A stretch of 64,000 bases of DNA from Escherichia phage HildyBeyeler, in the sequence record MZ501074. One strand, written 5' to 3'. A program made the position numbers and the translations under genes. This document shows, in pieces, positions 10,116 through 19,071 of the stretch (the first letter of the stretch is position 1; each line of letters starts with the position of its first letter). The notes under the pieces are model-generated. The model did not search any database. It was not told where the DNA came from and saw only the letters and a list, made by a program, of their open reading frames with translations.

Positions 10116-11087
10116 TTAATCGTATACTCGCTCTACTATGCACGGGATTACACCACCAGCACGAATCACTCGAATCTGGCAACCGATCTCTAGATCGAGA
10201 GAGTTAATATAATCAACGTTATTAAGAGTTGCTTTAACAATTGTAGCATCATCAATAATTACCGGTTCAAAATAACCAACTGGAGTTACTTTACCCGAAG
10301 CCCCCACCTGCCATTCAACTTTAGTAAGAGTTGTAATCTCGCCTTCTTCATCCTCTTTAATAGCGAATGCTCCACGAGGGAATTTATTAGTCCAGCCTTC
10401 ACGGAAGAATTTGTTGTTATCATTAATACGAACAACTTTACCGTCCGTCGGAATCCATTTAAAGAAGGAACGCACATTAACAACTGTTAAGAAGTTCTCA
10501 TTCTCCAGCCAAAGCATATCTTTTAAGTATGATTCTGTAATACCTACAGATTCAGCAGAACACTGGATACCATATGCAACGAAGATTAAACCACCTTCCC
10601 CAATGCGTTGTACGAAATCATCACTATCTTTGAGGTTAATAGCACCAGAGGCAAAGTTACGTTTATTTTCTACTTCTTTTGTAATTAGAACTTCACCAGT
10701 TATTTGAGTAGGTACTTTTTGGGAAATCTTTTTAGGAATATTCAGCAATCTTACGTTGCTTGTGACATCATTCCCTAGAATACCGTTACCACGAGTTAGT
10801 GCTTGAACAAATTCGCCGTTAATATACAGCAGAGAAATTGCACAACCATCTAACTTATCGGTTTCCACCTGACCTAAAGGATTGAATGGTGGTTTATCAC
10901 CACGGTTATAGTAAACTTTCTGTAAAGAATACATACGATATAGATGTGGAATATCACCCTTAGGCCCGATCTCTTCCTCTAATGGGAAGCGTTTTACCAG
11001 ACGATCATATTCTTCATCAGAGATTAAAGACATTCCCTGGTAATATGCTTCTTGGCAACGTTTAATAAAGTCTTTTACATTAGTCAT
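10116..11087 (-). CDS. ligA: NAD-dependent DNA ligase, N-terminal adenylation/OB subunit
   Basis: Adenylation motif KLDG (TDKLDGCAISLLY), Ia domain and OB fold; lacks the zinc-finger and BRCT parts. Confidence 0.85.
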   Translation of the reverse strand: MTNVKDFIKRCQEAYYQGMSLISDEEYDRLVKRFPLEEEIGPKGDIPHLYRMYSLQKVYYNRGDKPPFNPLGQVETDKLDGCAISLLYINGEFVQALTRGNGILGNDVTSNVRLLNIPKKISQKVPTQITGEVLITKEVENKRNFASGAINLKDSDDFVQRIGEGGLIFVAYGIQCSAESVGITESYLKDMLWLENENFLTVVNVRSFFKWIPTDGKVVRINDNNKFFREGWTNKFPRGAFAIKEDEEGEITTLTKVEWQVGASGKVTPVGYFEPVIIDDATIVKATLNNVDYINSLDLEIGCQIRVIRAGGVIPCIVERVYD

Positions 11088-11360
11088 TTATTCTGCCTCA
11101 TAGTACGTGGGTTGTCTGGTAGATCCGTGCCACGTATAATTTTTGCAAAGATGCAAATATGTAGTTTTTACTAGCCTATCCGATAATGGAGAGTATATTT
11201 CAGCTATTAATACTTCTTTTTCGTAATAAAGTGAAATCAGTTTATACCCAGCTCTAGTTTTAGTATACTTTTCCCCATTAATCTTTTCCTCCCACATGAG
11301 TATGAGAGGCTGTCCGATATATGGAAAAGGTTTAAGTGTACTTATATGTATCTTTTTCAC
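11088..11360 (-). CDS. hypothetical protein (90 aa)
   Basis: ORF directly downstream of minus-strand promoter 11391-11419. Confidence 0.5.
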   Translation of the reverse strand: MKKIHISTLKPFPYIGQPLILMWEEKINGEKYTKTRAGYKLISLYYEKEVLIAEIYSPLSDRLVKTTYLHLCKNYTWHGSTRQPTYYEAE

Positions 11361-11390
11361 TTTGCAACCCTCTCATTAATTTATATAAAT

Positions 11391-11419
11391 ATTATATAAC
11401 AAAACTGAGTTGAAAGCAA
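11391..11419 (-). promoter_or_regulatory. sigma70 promoter (TTGCTT, 17 bp, TATAAT)
   Basis: Consensus hexamers with downstream TAAATTAATGAGAG box. Confidence 0.65.
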
Positions 11420-11446
11420 ATACATTTATAAAGAAAAAGCCAAGAA

Positions 11447-11755
11447 CTAGGCATTCTTGGCTTTGAGTTCTTCAGCTCGTTTCTGTACTTCATGTAAAAC
11501 CTCAGATTCGCTAAGAATCTGTGTAAACGCATAGAAAAGCTGTGATGTTGTTTCTAGGGTGTAAGGAAAAGAGAAGCCAGATTTCGTTGGAAACCATTCA
11601 TCATTAATATCAAGAAGCCAGTAACGAATACCCATGTATAGATTCCCACGAAATTCAGATACTGTTAATCTTACTTGTTCCCCCTCCCTCTCCCAAAGTA
11701 TGATGGACTGGTCATCAACGTGTCCTTCATAGTTTTGATTTACCTGTTCGCTCAT
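11447..11755 (-). CDS. hypothetical protein (102 aa)
   Basis: ORF track; co-oriented early gene. Confidence 0.5.
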   Translation of the reverse strand: MSEQVNQNYEGHVDDQSIILWEREGEQVRLTVSEFRGNLYMGIRYWLLDINDEWFPTKSGFSFPYTLETTSQLFYAFTQILSESEVLHEVQKRAEELKAKNA

Positions 11756-11805
11756 TTACATATCCCAAATACACAAAAAGCCCCATATAGGGGCTAATTG
11801 TTTTC

Positions 11806-12102
11806 TTATCGGCCTACTGGAGAAGCACGATCTAACTCTGATTGGAGGCTAGTCACACGACGAACTTTCTCAACAGGAATAAAACGGAAGCTATCATTAG
11901 TACGAGAGAAGACAAGGATTTCGTCATCTTTTGGTTGACGGATACGTTCGCGTTTAATACGCTCCGCCAGATATTTATCTTGGGCCGGATCAAATTCCAT
12001 TGTACCCTGAAGATATGTGGTTCCTTTCTGACGAAGTTTCTCGTAATGAAGATAAAACTCACCAAATTTTTCACACTGTGCAATAATTTCAGCTTTAGTC
12101 AT
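11806..12102 (-). CDS. hypothetical protein (98 aa)
   Basis: ORF track; co-oriented early gene. Confidence 0.5.
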   Translation of the reverse strand: MTKAEIIAQCEKFGEFYLHYEKLRQKGTTYLQGTMEFDPAQDKYLAERIKRERIRQPKDDEILVFSRTNDSFRFIPVEKVRRVTSLQSELDRASPVGR

Positions 12103-12138
12103 AGCTATAGTTCCTTTTGTTGGTGGATTTATCTAAAA

Positions 12139-12549
12139 TTATTTAGTGATGGCTCGAATTGCTTCTGCCAGATGAGCAGCCGCTTTACCGGTCAGTTTGT
12201 CGATAATTGCATCATCCAGAAAATCTGGTGCTAAGCCAGCGTCAGAGAATGCTGAGCGAAGGTCAGCATGAGCTTGGGCTTTGGAGGTACGAGAACCACC
12301 AGAGGCTTTTTCTGCAGTAGATGCGCTAGATTTAGAAGCAGAGCCAGCAGCTTTCTTGATATACACACCTGCTTTAGTCAGCTTCATACGAAAACCGTTC
12401 GGAGTTACACCATTTTCCTGGGCAATTTCGCTAACAATTTCCATGCTAACATTCGGACGTTCATCCTCTGGGAATTGCTCCATACGAGCAACGTATTCGG
12501 AAGACATTTTTTCGAACAGTTCATCAGTCCACTGAGTTGGAGTAGTCAT
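12139..12549 (-). CDS. hypothetical protein with one HTH-like repeat (136 aa)
   Basis: Segment EIAQENGVTPNGFRMKLTKAG resembles the repeats of the 8374-9141 protein; downstream of promoter 12608-12636. Confidence 0.5.
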   Translation of the reverse strand: MTTPTQWTDELFEKMSSEYVARMEQFPEDERPNVSMEIVSEIAQENGVTPNGFRMKLTKAGVYIKKAAGSASKSSASTAEKASGGSRTSKAQAHADLRSAFSDAGLAPDFLDDAIIDKLTGKAAAHLAEAIRAITK

Positions 12550-12607
12550 ATTTTATATTTCCTTAATTAAGAATTAAACAGAATAGTTCTTTCAAACTAT
12601 GAGAATA

Positions 12608-12636
12608 TTATATCAAGAATTATAGGATTAAGCAAC
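12608..12636 (-). promoter_or_regulatory. sigma70 promoter (TTGCTT, 17 bp, TATAAT)
   Basis: Consensus hexamers upstream of CDS 12139-12549. Confidence 0.65.
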
Positions 12637-12652
12637 TGAAATTTTTAAGTAG

Positions 12653-12928
12653 TTACTCCACCAGGCCAACAGCGAGCATATCATCAATGCTGGCAACCTC
12701 CCAATCGTCCGCAATAGCTTCGCATACTGTTAATGAAACAACCTCGCTATATGGATAGTTACCGGCTACCCAGGTATGCTGAGTAGCTACATCTGAGTCA
12801 GCATCTAAAGTTAATAACACTAAGCCGTTATTATCGTTATCCCAGCTTCTACGATATAGCGTTTTTACTTCCCCATCTTTAAGTAAATCAGTTAGTCTAC
12901 TCACTACGTTTTCCTTTTTCTTTATCAA
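12653..12928 (-). CDS. hypothetical protein (91 aa)
   Basis: ORF track. Confidence 0.45.
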   Translation of the reverse strand: MIKKKENVVSRLTDLLKDGEVKTLYRRSWDNDNNGLVLLTLDADSDVATQHTWVAGNYPYSEVVSLTVCEAIADDWEVASIDDMLAVGLVE

Positions 12929-13601
12929 GTTTCAAGGCAGCCTTAACAGCTTCGTTAATCAGTGTGATAACTTCTTCCCGGGACCATTTATACCCCAGAG
13001 ATTTTACGTCTACCCCCAGCTTTTCCAGATGCTTTACAGAAGCCAATTCATAATTCATATAATGAACGTTCTGTTGTTTGCCTTCTGATAGAAGCCATAC
13101 ACGGTAGCAACCAACAGGATTATCCATTGCTTTTTTGATTTCACCGATACACTGGTATCCAGGAACCCAAACAAGCTCACCTACCTCAAATTCTTCTGCT
13201 ACAGCATCATCAGGAATAATTGGTGGATTCAATGGATCTACAATATCATTCAAACGAAGCAGAGCACCATATCGTTCCAGAACAGATTTAACCATTGCTA
13301 CAGAGCGGTAATTACGATCGGCAATCTCTTCAAAAGAATCGCCAGATAGATACTGTTCAATAACGTTGGCTAACTCAATACCTTCAATGAGTGTACCACG
13401 TTTCTTTTTCTTCATTTCGGCAACTTGAATCTGGCGGTCTTGCCACTCTTCAATCATCCTTTCCATAGTTGGATTGGATGATACACCGAGCATTTCACAT
13501 GCTGCTTTCTTAGTACCACCGTTCTCCAGATGCTCTATAACTTTTTTAAAGACTTCATCCGGGATTTCATGGATGTGTTTCTTTCTGCGAGAACCAGCCA
13601 T
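12897..13601 (-). CDS. hypothetical HTH-containing protein (234 aa), first gene downstream of the PN25-like promoter
   Basis: GAGAGG RBS then ATG at 13601; HTH-like GTKKAACEMLGVSSNPTMERMIEEW. Confidence 0.6.
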   Translation of the reverse strand: MAGSRRKKHIHEIPDEVFKKVIEHLENGGTKKAACEMLGVSSNPTMERMIEEWQDRQIQVAEMKKKKRGTLIEGIELANVIEQYLSGDSFEEIADRNYRSVAMVKSVLERYGALLRLNDIVDPLNPPIIPDDAVAEEFEVGELVWVPGYQCIGEIKKAMDNPVGCYRVWLLSEGKQQNVHYMNYELASVKHLEKLGVDVKSLGYKWSREEVITLINEAVKAALKLDKEKGKRSE

Positions 13602-13632
13602 ATTTAAACTCCTCTCTCAAATTTATGAATCT

Positions 13633-13661
13633 ATTATACAGAAAAATTTTCCTGAAAGCAA
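13633..13661 (-). promoter_or_regulatory. strong sigma70 promoter matching T5 PN25
   Basis: Minus strand reads TTGCTT, 17 bp, TATAAT, then AGATTCATAAATTTGAGAGAGG; the reverse complement of 13611-13680 matches the PN25 sequence from memory. Confidence 0.85.
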
Positions 13662-13670
13662 ATAAATTTT

Positions 13671-13913
13671 TTATGATTCTTTGAGCAAAGAAGAAAGTTC
13701 AGCATATACTTTATCTAACTCAAACCCTATGCGAAGAGATACGTTAGTCCTCCGTTGTTTAAGTAACCACTCGGATATGTTAGGGATGCCAGCTAGTCTA
13801 GCAGGAACCACCCTACATAGCTTCTCCGAAGTATCATAAACAGGGACTTTACGTTCTTTTACTGGAAACTTCCTTGTTTCCCATTTTTTATTCTTCACTG
13901 TCATTTCTAGCAC
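13671..13913 (-). CDS. hypothetical protein (80 aa)
   Basis: ORF track; overlaps the end of the upstream gene. Confidence 0.45.
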   Translation of the reverse strand: MLEMTVKNKKWETRKFPVKERKVPVYDTSEKLCRVVPARLAGIPNISEWLLKQRRTNVSLRIGFELDKVYAELSSLLKES

Positions 13914-16677
13914 CTAGCTCTGACATTGCTTCTTCTGCCATAGCCTTCTCTTCCTCTGTCATGAATTTGAAAGGAATTGGCATACACTCGATTTTACAAT
14001 AGGTTCTGTACCAGTCTACGATATTCTCCGTGTTCATATCTTTACCAATACCCATCATACCAAGATACATTCTAGCATATTTTGGGTTAGCACTCTGGCC
14101 TGTTTTAAGGAAGAAATCCTTTTTCTTACCTTTTAGAGCTTCTATGAATGGTTTAATGGTTACATTTGAACACTTCTTAATGTCTTCCCAGAACATCTCG
14201 TGCATCTTATGAAAGAATGCAGCTCGATCATTTGGTTTATCTTTGATATATTGTTCAACATGCTCAACTGTTACATCTTTAATAGACTCAAGATGATAAT
14301 AGCGAACAATAAGTAGTTTAGCTTCATACGCATCAGCATGACGTGGAGCACAATAATCCGGAGTTGAATGTAGAATAGCTTTGATTCGCTCTTCTGTGTA
14401 CTCTTTACCAGCACCTTCAATAGTTCCCCAGCTTTCACTGAAAATATCAATAGTTGCACCCTGATCAAGCAAGTAATAACGTAAAGTACTAGTATAGTTC
14501 CTAGATTCCAGCTCCCTGCGACGTGCGTATAATTGCTGTGCTAACTCCAGCCAACCCTCATCAATGTTATACTGTTCAGAACCTGCGGAGAATCCACTCG
14601 TAGATTTATCAATAAAATAATAAATGTTCTGAGCGCCACGGTCGCGCCTGATTGCTTGGAAACGCATGTTTGGCGCTTGATTACTGGTTCTAGTAATAAC
14701 AAATACGTTATCAAAATAGTTGAAGTCAACTCCACTCGTTACGGATGGACTACATAATAAGCAATCAATTTGTTGATCAATTAGCTCATTAGTTGTGTAA
14801 TCCAGAATACGTCTAATATCCACATCTGATGTGGAGTTTGAGTGGATTTCCTTAACTAACGCACCAGTATTACGACGTAGTGCCATGCCCTTCTCATTCA
14901 GCTCATCAGGGCCACAATCAGATACTAGAATAGATTTCTCACCCATCTCTAGAGAAGTCTGAAGTGCAACCCAAATACTGGATTCATCGGGGAACTCATA
15001 AGCGTGAGCTTTTGACAGCATTTTACGGTGATGATTATAAAATGCTACTGGTTTATCGAACTCAATCAAAGAACCATATGCTTCAATTGTTTCAGCACTA
15101 ATATCACCATCGGATAGTATAATGATTTTTGCAGTTGCAAGAATATCACGAAGAACCTGAATACACTCGCGACGTTGCTTAACAACTGGGGCGAATAATA
15201 GGTCATTCATTACTGCATCACATTCATCGATAAAGATTGCATCAATTTGACCAATAAAACTCTTAAACTTATGTAAAGAGTGGATAGTTGTGGACATACG
15301 GTCAATAGCACCACGCTTAAAATTAAGCATATCTACAGACTTATCATATTGTCCTGCACTAAATTTCTTGGCATTTGAAGACACCAGTGCCCTAGTATTG
15401 GTAATTGCTAAGAAATTACCTTTAATAACTCCTGAATCTAACCAACGCACAACTGCCGTGGTTTTACCTGTACCTAGACTTGCTTTTACAAAAGTCATAT
15501 AACCTTCTGGTGGTACAGTGTTTAATTTCAAGAAGTTATCAGTTTCTAGAGAATTAGTTTCTAATTTTTTAAGTGGAACACCTTTTAATACTTCTGGGAT
15601 CTCACGCTTAGAGTTATTAACAAAGGCTTTTAATGCCTGTTTTCGACCGTTATTAAAATAATCTTGAATATTACGACTATTATCTTTAGTTGCAATATAC
15701 TCAGATAAAGCTGGGCGGATCTCCTTCTCTAGCCAACCAAAATCTACACCATCCTCTAACGCTCGGTGATATAGCTTTGGAATAATACGTAGATATACAC
15801 CATCCTCAGCCTCTTCTAACTCGCTAATGGTTTCTTCTACTTTATCAGAAGCAATCTTTTTGCCTTTAATTTGATCGAGTAAAGAGTAGAATTCCTCTTT
15901 AAACTCCCCTCTAGTTGTTTCATAGTCAACCAGATTATTAGGTAAATTTACTTTAGAACCCTTAACAAATACCAGACGTGAAGCACCCTCCGCTTTAAAC
16001 GGATCAACTATACCATCAGTAAATAAAGGATCTGCAAAGTAATGGAGCTGTACGGAAGAGTAATAAGCTAAGTCGGCAATATCAAAGCCATACTTTTGTC
16101 TACTACTTTCATTGATAGATGTAAATAAGAACTTGATCTGACCCTGTGTAACTTTAACATTAGATTCTAGTATTAAGTGCATTCGGATACCTGGTTTTAG
16201 TCCAGCCGAAGACGATGCATGAGCAATAAACCCTGCATCAAGAGGAAACATATCCTCACTAATACTATTCAACATTCTAATAATATGACGCGCCATGCCA
16301 ACAAGATCAAACTTGTTACAACCTCCTGTATCTACAATACCATCCACGTCCATTGCAATTATATGACTTGGGTTAGATACATTAAAGTTGTCCTTCTTAC
16401 GCCGCACATTATTTTTAGGTGCAAGACATCGACCTCGTACCGCAACGATATGGGGGTCAGACGTTAAACGTCTCATAAGAGGGAGCATTTCTACTAGGGT
16501 TTGAGGATCAACTTCATCAATTACATCAAACTTGAAGGGCATTGAAGCTGGTTTACCTTCAGGATGCTTTGAGGAAAATCTTTTAGCAAAAAGATAATCT
16601 TCTGCTTTAACTTCTCGCCAATTGCCCGTGGCTAAATCGCGATGAAATCCTGCATGACCTTGTAGGATTGAGAACAC
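13888..16677 (-). CDS. putative replication origin-binding protein / SF2 helicase (~929 aa), GTG start
   Basis: P-loop FVKASLGTGKTTAV and DEAD-like IFIDECDAV; the track ORF extends to 16875, but an AGGAG RBS supports the GTG at 16677. Confidence 0.65.
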   Translation of the reverse strand: MFSILQGHAGFHRDLATGNWREVKAEDYLFAKRFSSKHPEGKPASMPFKFDVIDEVDPQTLVEMLPLMRRLTSDPHIVAVRGRCLAPKNNVRRKKDNFNVSNPSHIIAMDVDGIVDTGGCNKFDLVGMARHIIRMLNSISEDMFPLDAGFIAHASSSAGLKPGIRMHLILESNVKVTQGQIKFLFTSINESSRQKYGFDIADLAYYSSVQLHYFADPLFTDGIVDPFKAEGASRLVFVKGSKVNLPNNLVDYETTRGEFKEEFYSLLDQIKGKKIASDKVEETISELEEAEDGVYLRIIPKLYHRALEDGVDFGWLEKEIRPALSEYIATKDNSRNIQDYFNNGRKQALKAFVNNSKREIPEVLKGVPLKKLETNSLETDNFLKLNTVPPEGYMTFVKASLGTGKTTAVVRWLDSGVIKGNFLAITNTRALVSSNAKKFSAGQYDKSVDMLNFKRGAIDRMSTTIHSLHKFKSFIGQIDAIFIDECDAVMNDLLFAPVVKQRRECIQVLRDILATAKIIILSDGDISAETIEAYGSLIEFDKPVAFYNHHRKMLSKAHAYEFPDESSIWVALQTSLEMGEKSILVSDCGPDELNEKGMALRRNTGALVKEIHSNSTSDVDIRRILDYTTNELIDQQIDCLLCSPSVTSGVDFNYFDNVFVITRTSNQAPNMRFQAIRRDRGAQNIYYFIDKSTSGFSAGSEQYNIDEGWLELAQQLYARRRELESRNYTSTLRYYLLDQGATIDIFSESWGTIEGAGKEYTEERIKAILHSTPDYCAPRHADAYEAKLLIVRYYHLESIKDVTVEHVEQYIKDKPNDRAAFFHKMHEMFWEDIKKCSNVTIKPFIEALKGKKKDFFLKTGQSANPKYARMYLGMMGIGKDMNTENIVDWYRTYCKIECMPIPFKFMTEEEKAMAEEAMSELGARNDSEE

Positions 16678-17273
16678 AACAATACTCCTGTGTTGGAAAT
16701 GAAATAAGTTTTCTTTAGGACTATTCAGAAAGAATAGAACAACTGTTACTGTCAATTTCTCAACAATTAATCGCAAATACTGAAGTGGGGTGGCAACTTC
16801 CACTTTCACGCTGCGCTGCTGCCTCATTATACCGCACAAATCCTTGAGGATGGCCGCTAAGCCGGATTTGCTCACCTAATGCTTCATATACTAGCTCATA
16901 CTAGATGCAATATAACTTACAGAATCACGTCTCGGTAGTTTTTCACTCCTCCCATCTCACTTCACAACCACCTCATACTAGGTTGCTTCGAGGCCTTACC
17001 AGGGTTCCTATGGGACGCAGATCGCTAAGTATTCTATTAACTATTTGTTTAAAAACTAACACGTAACAGTTAAAACAACCCTTAATGGGGCAGCCTAACT
17101 GTTCCGTATCGCGGATTGTAAACAAGAAAAAACTTTTTCGTAAAGCTCTAGCAACGTACCTTATGCAGCTATTTACGGGTCATCGATTCCTCTCGCCGTA
17201 AATCCATTGTCAGCTTCACTAAGAAAAATTAGCAAAATCAATTTTTACTAATGTCTCTCAATTCAATATAAAT

Positions 17274-17302
17274 ATTATAGCAAGATTTTGAGCATCATGC
17301 AA
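17274..17302 (-). promoter_or_regulatory. sigma70 promoter (TTGCAT, 17 bp, TATAAT)
   Basis: Consensus hexamers with the conserved downstream box TTGAATTGAGAGAC. Confidence 0.6.
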
Positions 17303-17378
17303 GTAAATTTTTAAGGAGAATGCTATCAGTGTCTTTGAGCACAGTGAAAACCGAGCCAAAATGACTCGGTTATGTGGA

Positions 17379-17573
17379 TTAGACACTTAAAATACTTCTA
17401 ATCTCTTCTATATACTTATCTACTTTTTTAGCATCTATTTTACTTAGTTTTCCTATATCAAAATCAGGATCAGTCAAATATCTTGCCATAAATTTTACTT
17501 GTTTAGCTGAAAGTTGACCCTTATTCCACTTTTTAATTTTACCATAACATACCCAATATTCTTTATTCATCAT
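17379..17573 (-). CDS. hypothetical protein (64 aa)
   Basis: ORF track. Confidence 0.4.
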   Translation of the reverse strand: MMNKEYWVCYGKIKKWNKGQLSAKQVKFMARYLTDPDFDIGKLSKIDAKKVDKYIEEIRSILSV

Positions 17574-17955
17574 TTAGTCCCGAAACATAAATCCCAACAC
17601 GGTTTAATTGTTCTTTGGCTTCTTTGAGAATATCTGGAGTGTACTCCCAAATATCATCTTCCACCTGTAAAAGATGGGGCGAACAACCGTCATCGGGCAC
17701 ACGACATATGGCCAAACCACGTGGATGGAACAAAGAGAAATTTAGTGCAACAATTAAACCCATAGCAGACAACTCATTCCAATCCAATTCCCATTCCCTA
17801 GCGTAGCCTGATAGGAAAACACCAATACAGGGATCGTCTATTTGCTGCTCCGGAAAAGTAAAGGAGGCTTGTCTTACCCCCAACCAACGTTGTAGCAGCT
17901 TCTCCGCACGCTTCACCAAACTAGGATCAATCTGACGCCAATATACTTGTTCCAT
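17563..17955 (-). CDS. hypothetical protein (130 aa), paralog of 17965-18393
   Basis: Shares CIG...W.EL...MGL..ALN..LF.P with the neighbouring gene. Confidence 0.55.
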   Translation of the reverse strand: MEQVYWRQIDPSLVKRAEKLLQRWLGVRQASFTFPEQQIDDPCIGVFLSGYAREWELDWNELSAMGLIVALNFSLFHPRGLAICRVPDDGCSPHLLQVEDDIWEYTPDILKEAKEQLNRVGIYVSGLNDE

Positions 17956-17964
17956 TGTGCCACC

Positions 17965-18393
17965 TTAGGCAGTTAAACCAGGAATTTGATAACCAAAACG
18001 ACGAAGTTTCTGGATACCATCATTTACTTCTTCCGGTGAGTAAGACCAACCGTAATGTTCATCAACTTGAAAGCCAGGAGATTCACTGGTTTTATAGTTA
18101 ACAACAATACGGTGTTTATTGGGCATAAATAGCTTATAGTTTAATGCAAAAACCAACCCCATTTCATCCAGCTCTTTCCAGCCGACAATCTCTTCCAGAC
18201 CATCCTCTACCTGCACAACTAGACCAATACACGGGGCCTCATCAATATCATCTTTAAAAGCAAAGGAGATTTCATTATTTTCACACCATATTTTCAAGGA
18301 GTTAATAGTCTCATTATACAGGCTAGCTGGGAGAGTACGCCAGAAGTTAACCAAAATTGGATTAGCTTCTTTAGAGAATACATTATTGAACAT
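17965..18393 (-). CDS. hypothetical protein (142 aa), paralog of 17563-17955
   Basis: Shares a conserved central block with the adjacent gene. Confidence 0.55.
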   Translation of the reverse strand: MFNNVFSKEANPILVNFWRTLPASLYNETINSLKIWCENNEISFAFKDDIDEAPCIGLVVQVEDGLEEIVGWKELDEMGLVFALNYKLFMPNKHRIVVNYKTSESPGFQVDEHYGWSYSPEEVNDGIQKLRRFGYQIPGLTA

Positions 18394-18395
18394 AT

Positions 18396-18902
18396 TTACA
18401 CCTTAAGTTGTTGTAGGGCTTTACACATTTCAAGATCTGGACTAAATTCTAGCATATAGCTAACAGCCATTAAATCTTGAAGGTTTATTCCAGTTCTACC
18501 GTTGACTATAACCGTTGGATACTGGTACATCATAGCACCAGCGTCATCCAGCACACACCAATGTTTGAGCTTATGCTTTTCAACGAAGCGAAGAACAGAA
18601 TTACCCCTAGATAGCCCACCACCAGTAAAATCCGTTGTACCAAGAAAACGATCAATAAGATCTAATCTGGTCATAATCTGAACGTTCTCCATCTCATTCC
18701 TGACAGAGAACCATGAAGATACCCCAACAATCATTATTGGAGAAGGACGAATAAAGTCCTGAAAAGCCTTGAGAAGCGGCTTAAAAACCCAGTCACTTCC
18801 AAAGAAAATCTTTTCATCATCAGGTGCATGATGGTGGGAGATGCTCGAATTAAGCACCCCATCGATGTCTAGAAAAATAATTGGAGTATTACTTATTTCC
18901 AT
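18396..18902 (-). CDS. HAD-superfamily phosphatase-like protein (168 aa)
   Basis: N-terminal HAD motif I IIFLDIDGVL and a downstream VLDD motif. Confidence 0.6.
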   Translation of the reverse strand: MEISNTPIIFLDIDGVLNSSISHHHAPDDEKIFFGSDWVFKPLLKAFQDFIRPSPIMIVGVSSWFSVRNEMENVQIMTRLDLIDRFLGTTDFTGGGLSRGNSVLRFVEKHKLKHWCVLDDAGAMMYQYPTVIVNGRTGINLQDLMAVSYMLEFSPDLEMCKALQQLKV

Positions 18903-19071
18903 TTCTGTTCCTTTCTAAGAACGTATCATACTCAACCGTATCAACATATATGACACCATAGTCATCGGATTTATAGTCCATTTCCCATAGCTCACATCGA
19001 TAGCACCAACTACCATCCGCCCATACAAATATATCATCGGGATGTGTATACACAGATTTAACTATGGACAT
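18889..19071 (-). CDS. hypothetical protein (60 aa)
   Basis: ORF track. Confidence 0.35.
   Translation of the reverse strand: MSIVKSVYTHPDDIFVWADGSWCYRCELWEMDYKSDDYGVIYVDTVEYDTFLERNRNGNK

Noticed and set aside
13888-16875. The full 995-aa track ORF as the gene model
   Set aside because: The extension begins at a GTG with no RBS. An AGGAG RBS precedes the in-frame GTG at 16677, so the upstream part is more likely leader.
16700-17270. Group I intron or tmRNA in the long leader
   Set aside because: No flanking split exon, no recognisable P-Q-R-S core or tag reading frame with tRNA-like ends; only local hairpins. Left as an unassigned leader.
18396-18902. The HAD-like gene as the T5 5'-deoxyribonucleotidase (dmp)
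   Set aside because: From memory dmp lies in the pre-early region, not here, and only the generic HAD motif I is visible, so no specific gene name is assigned.
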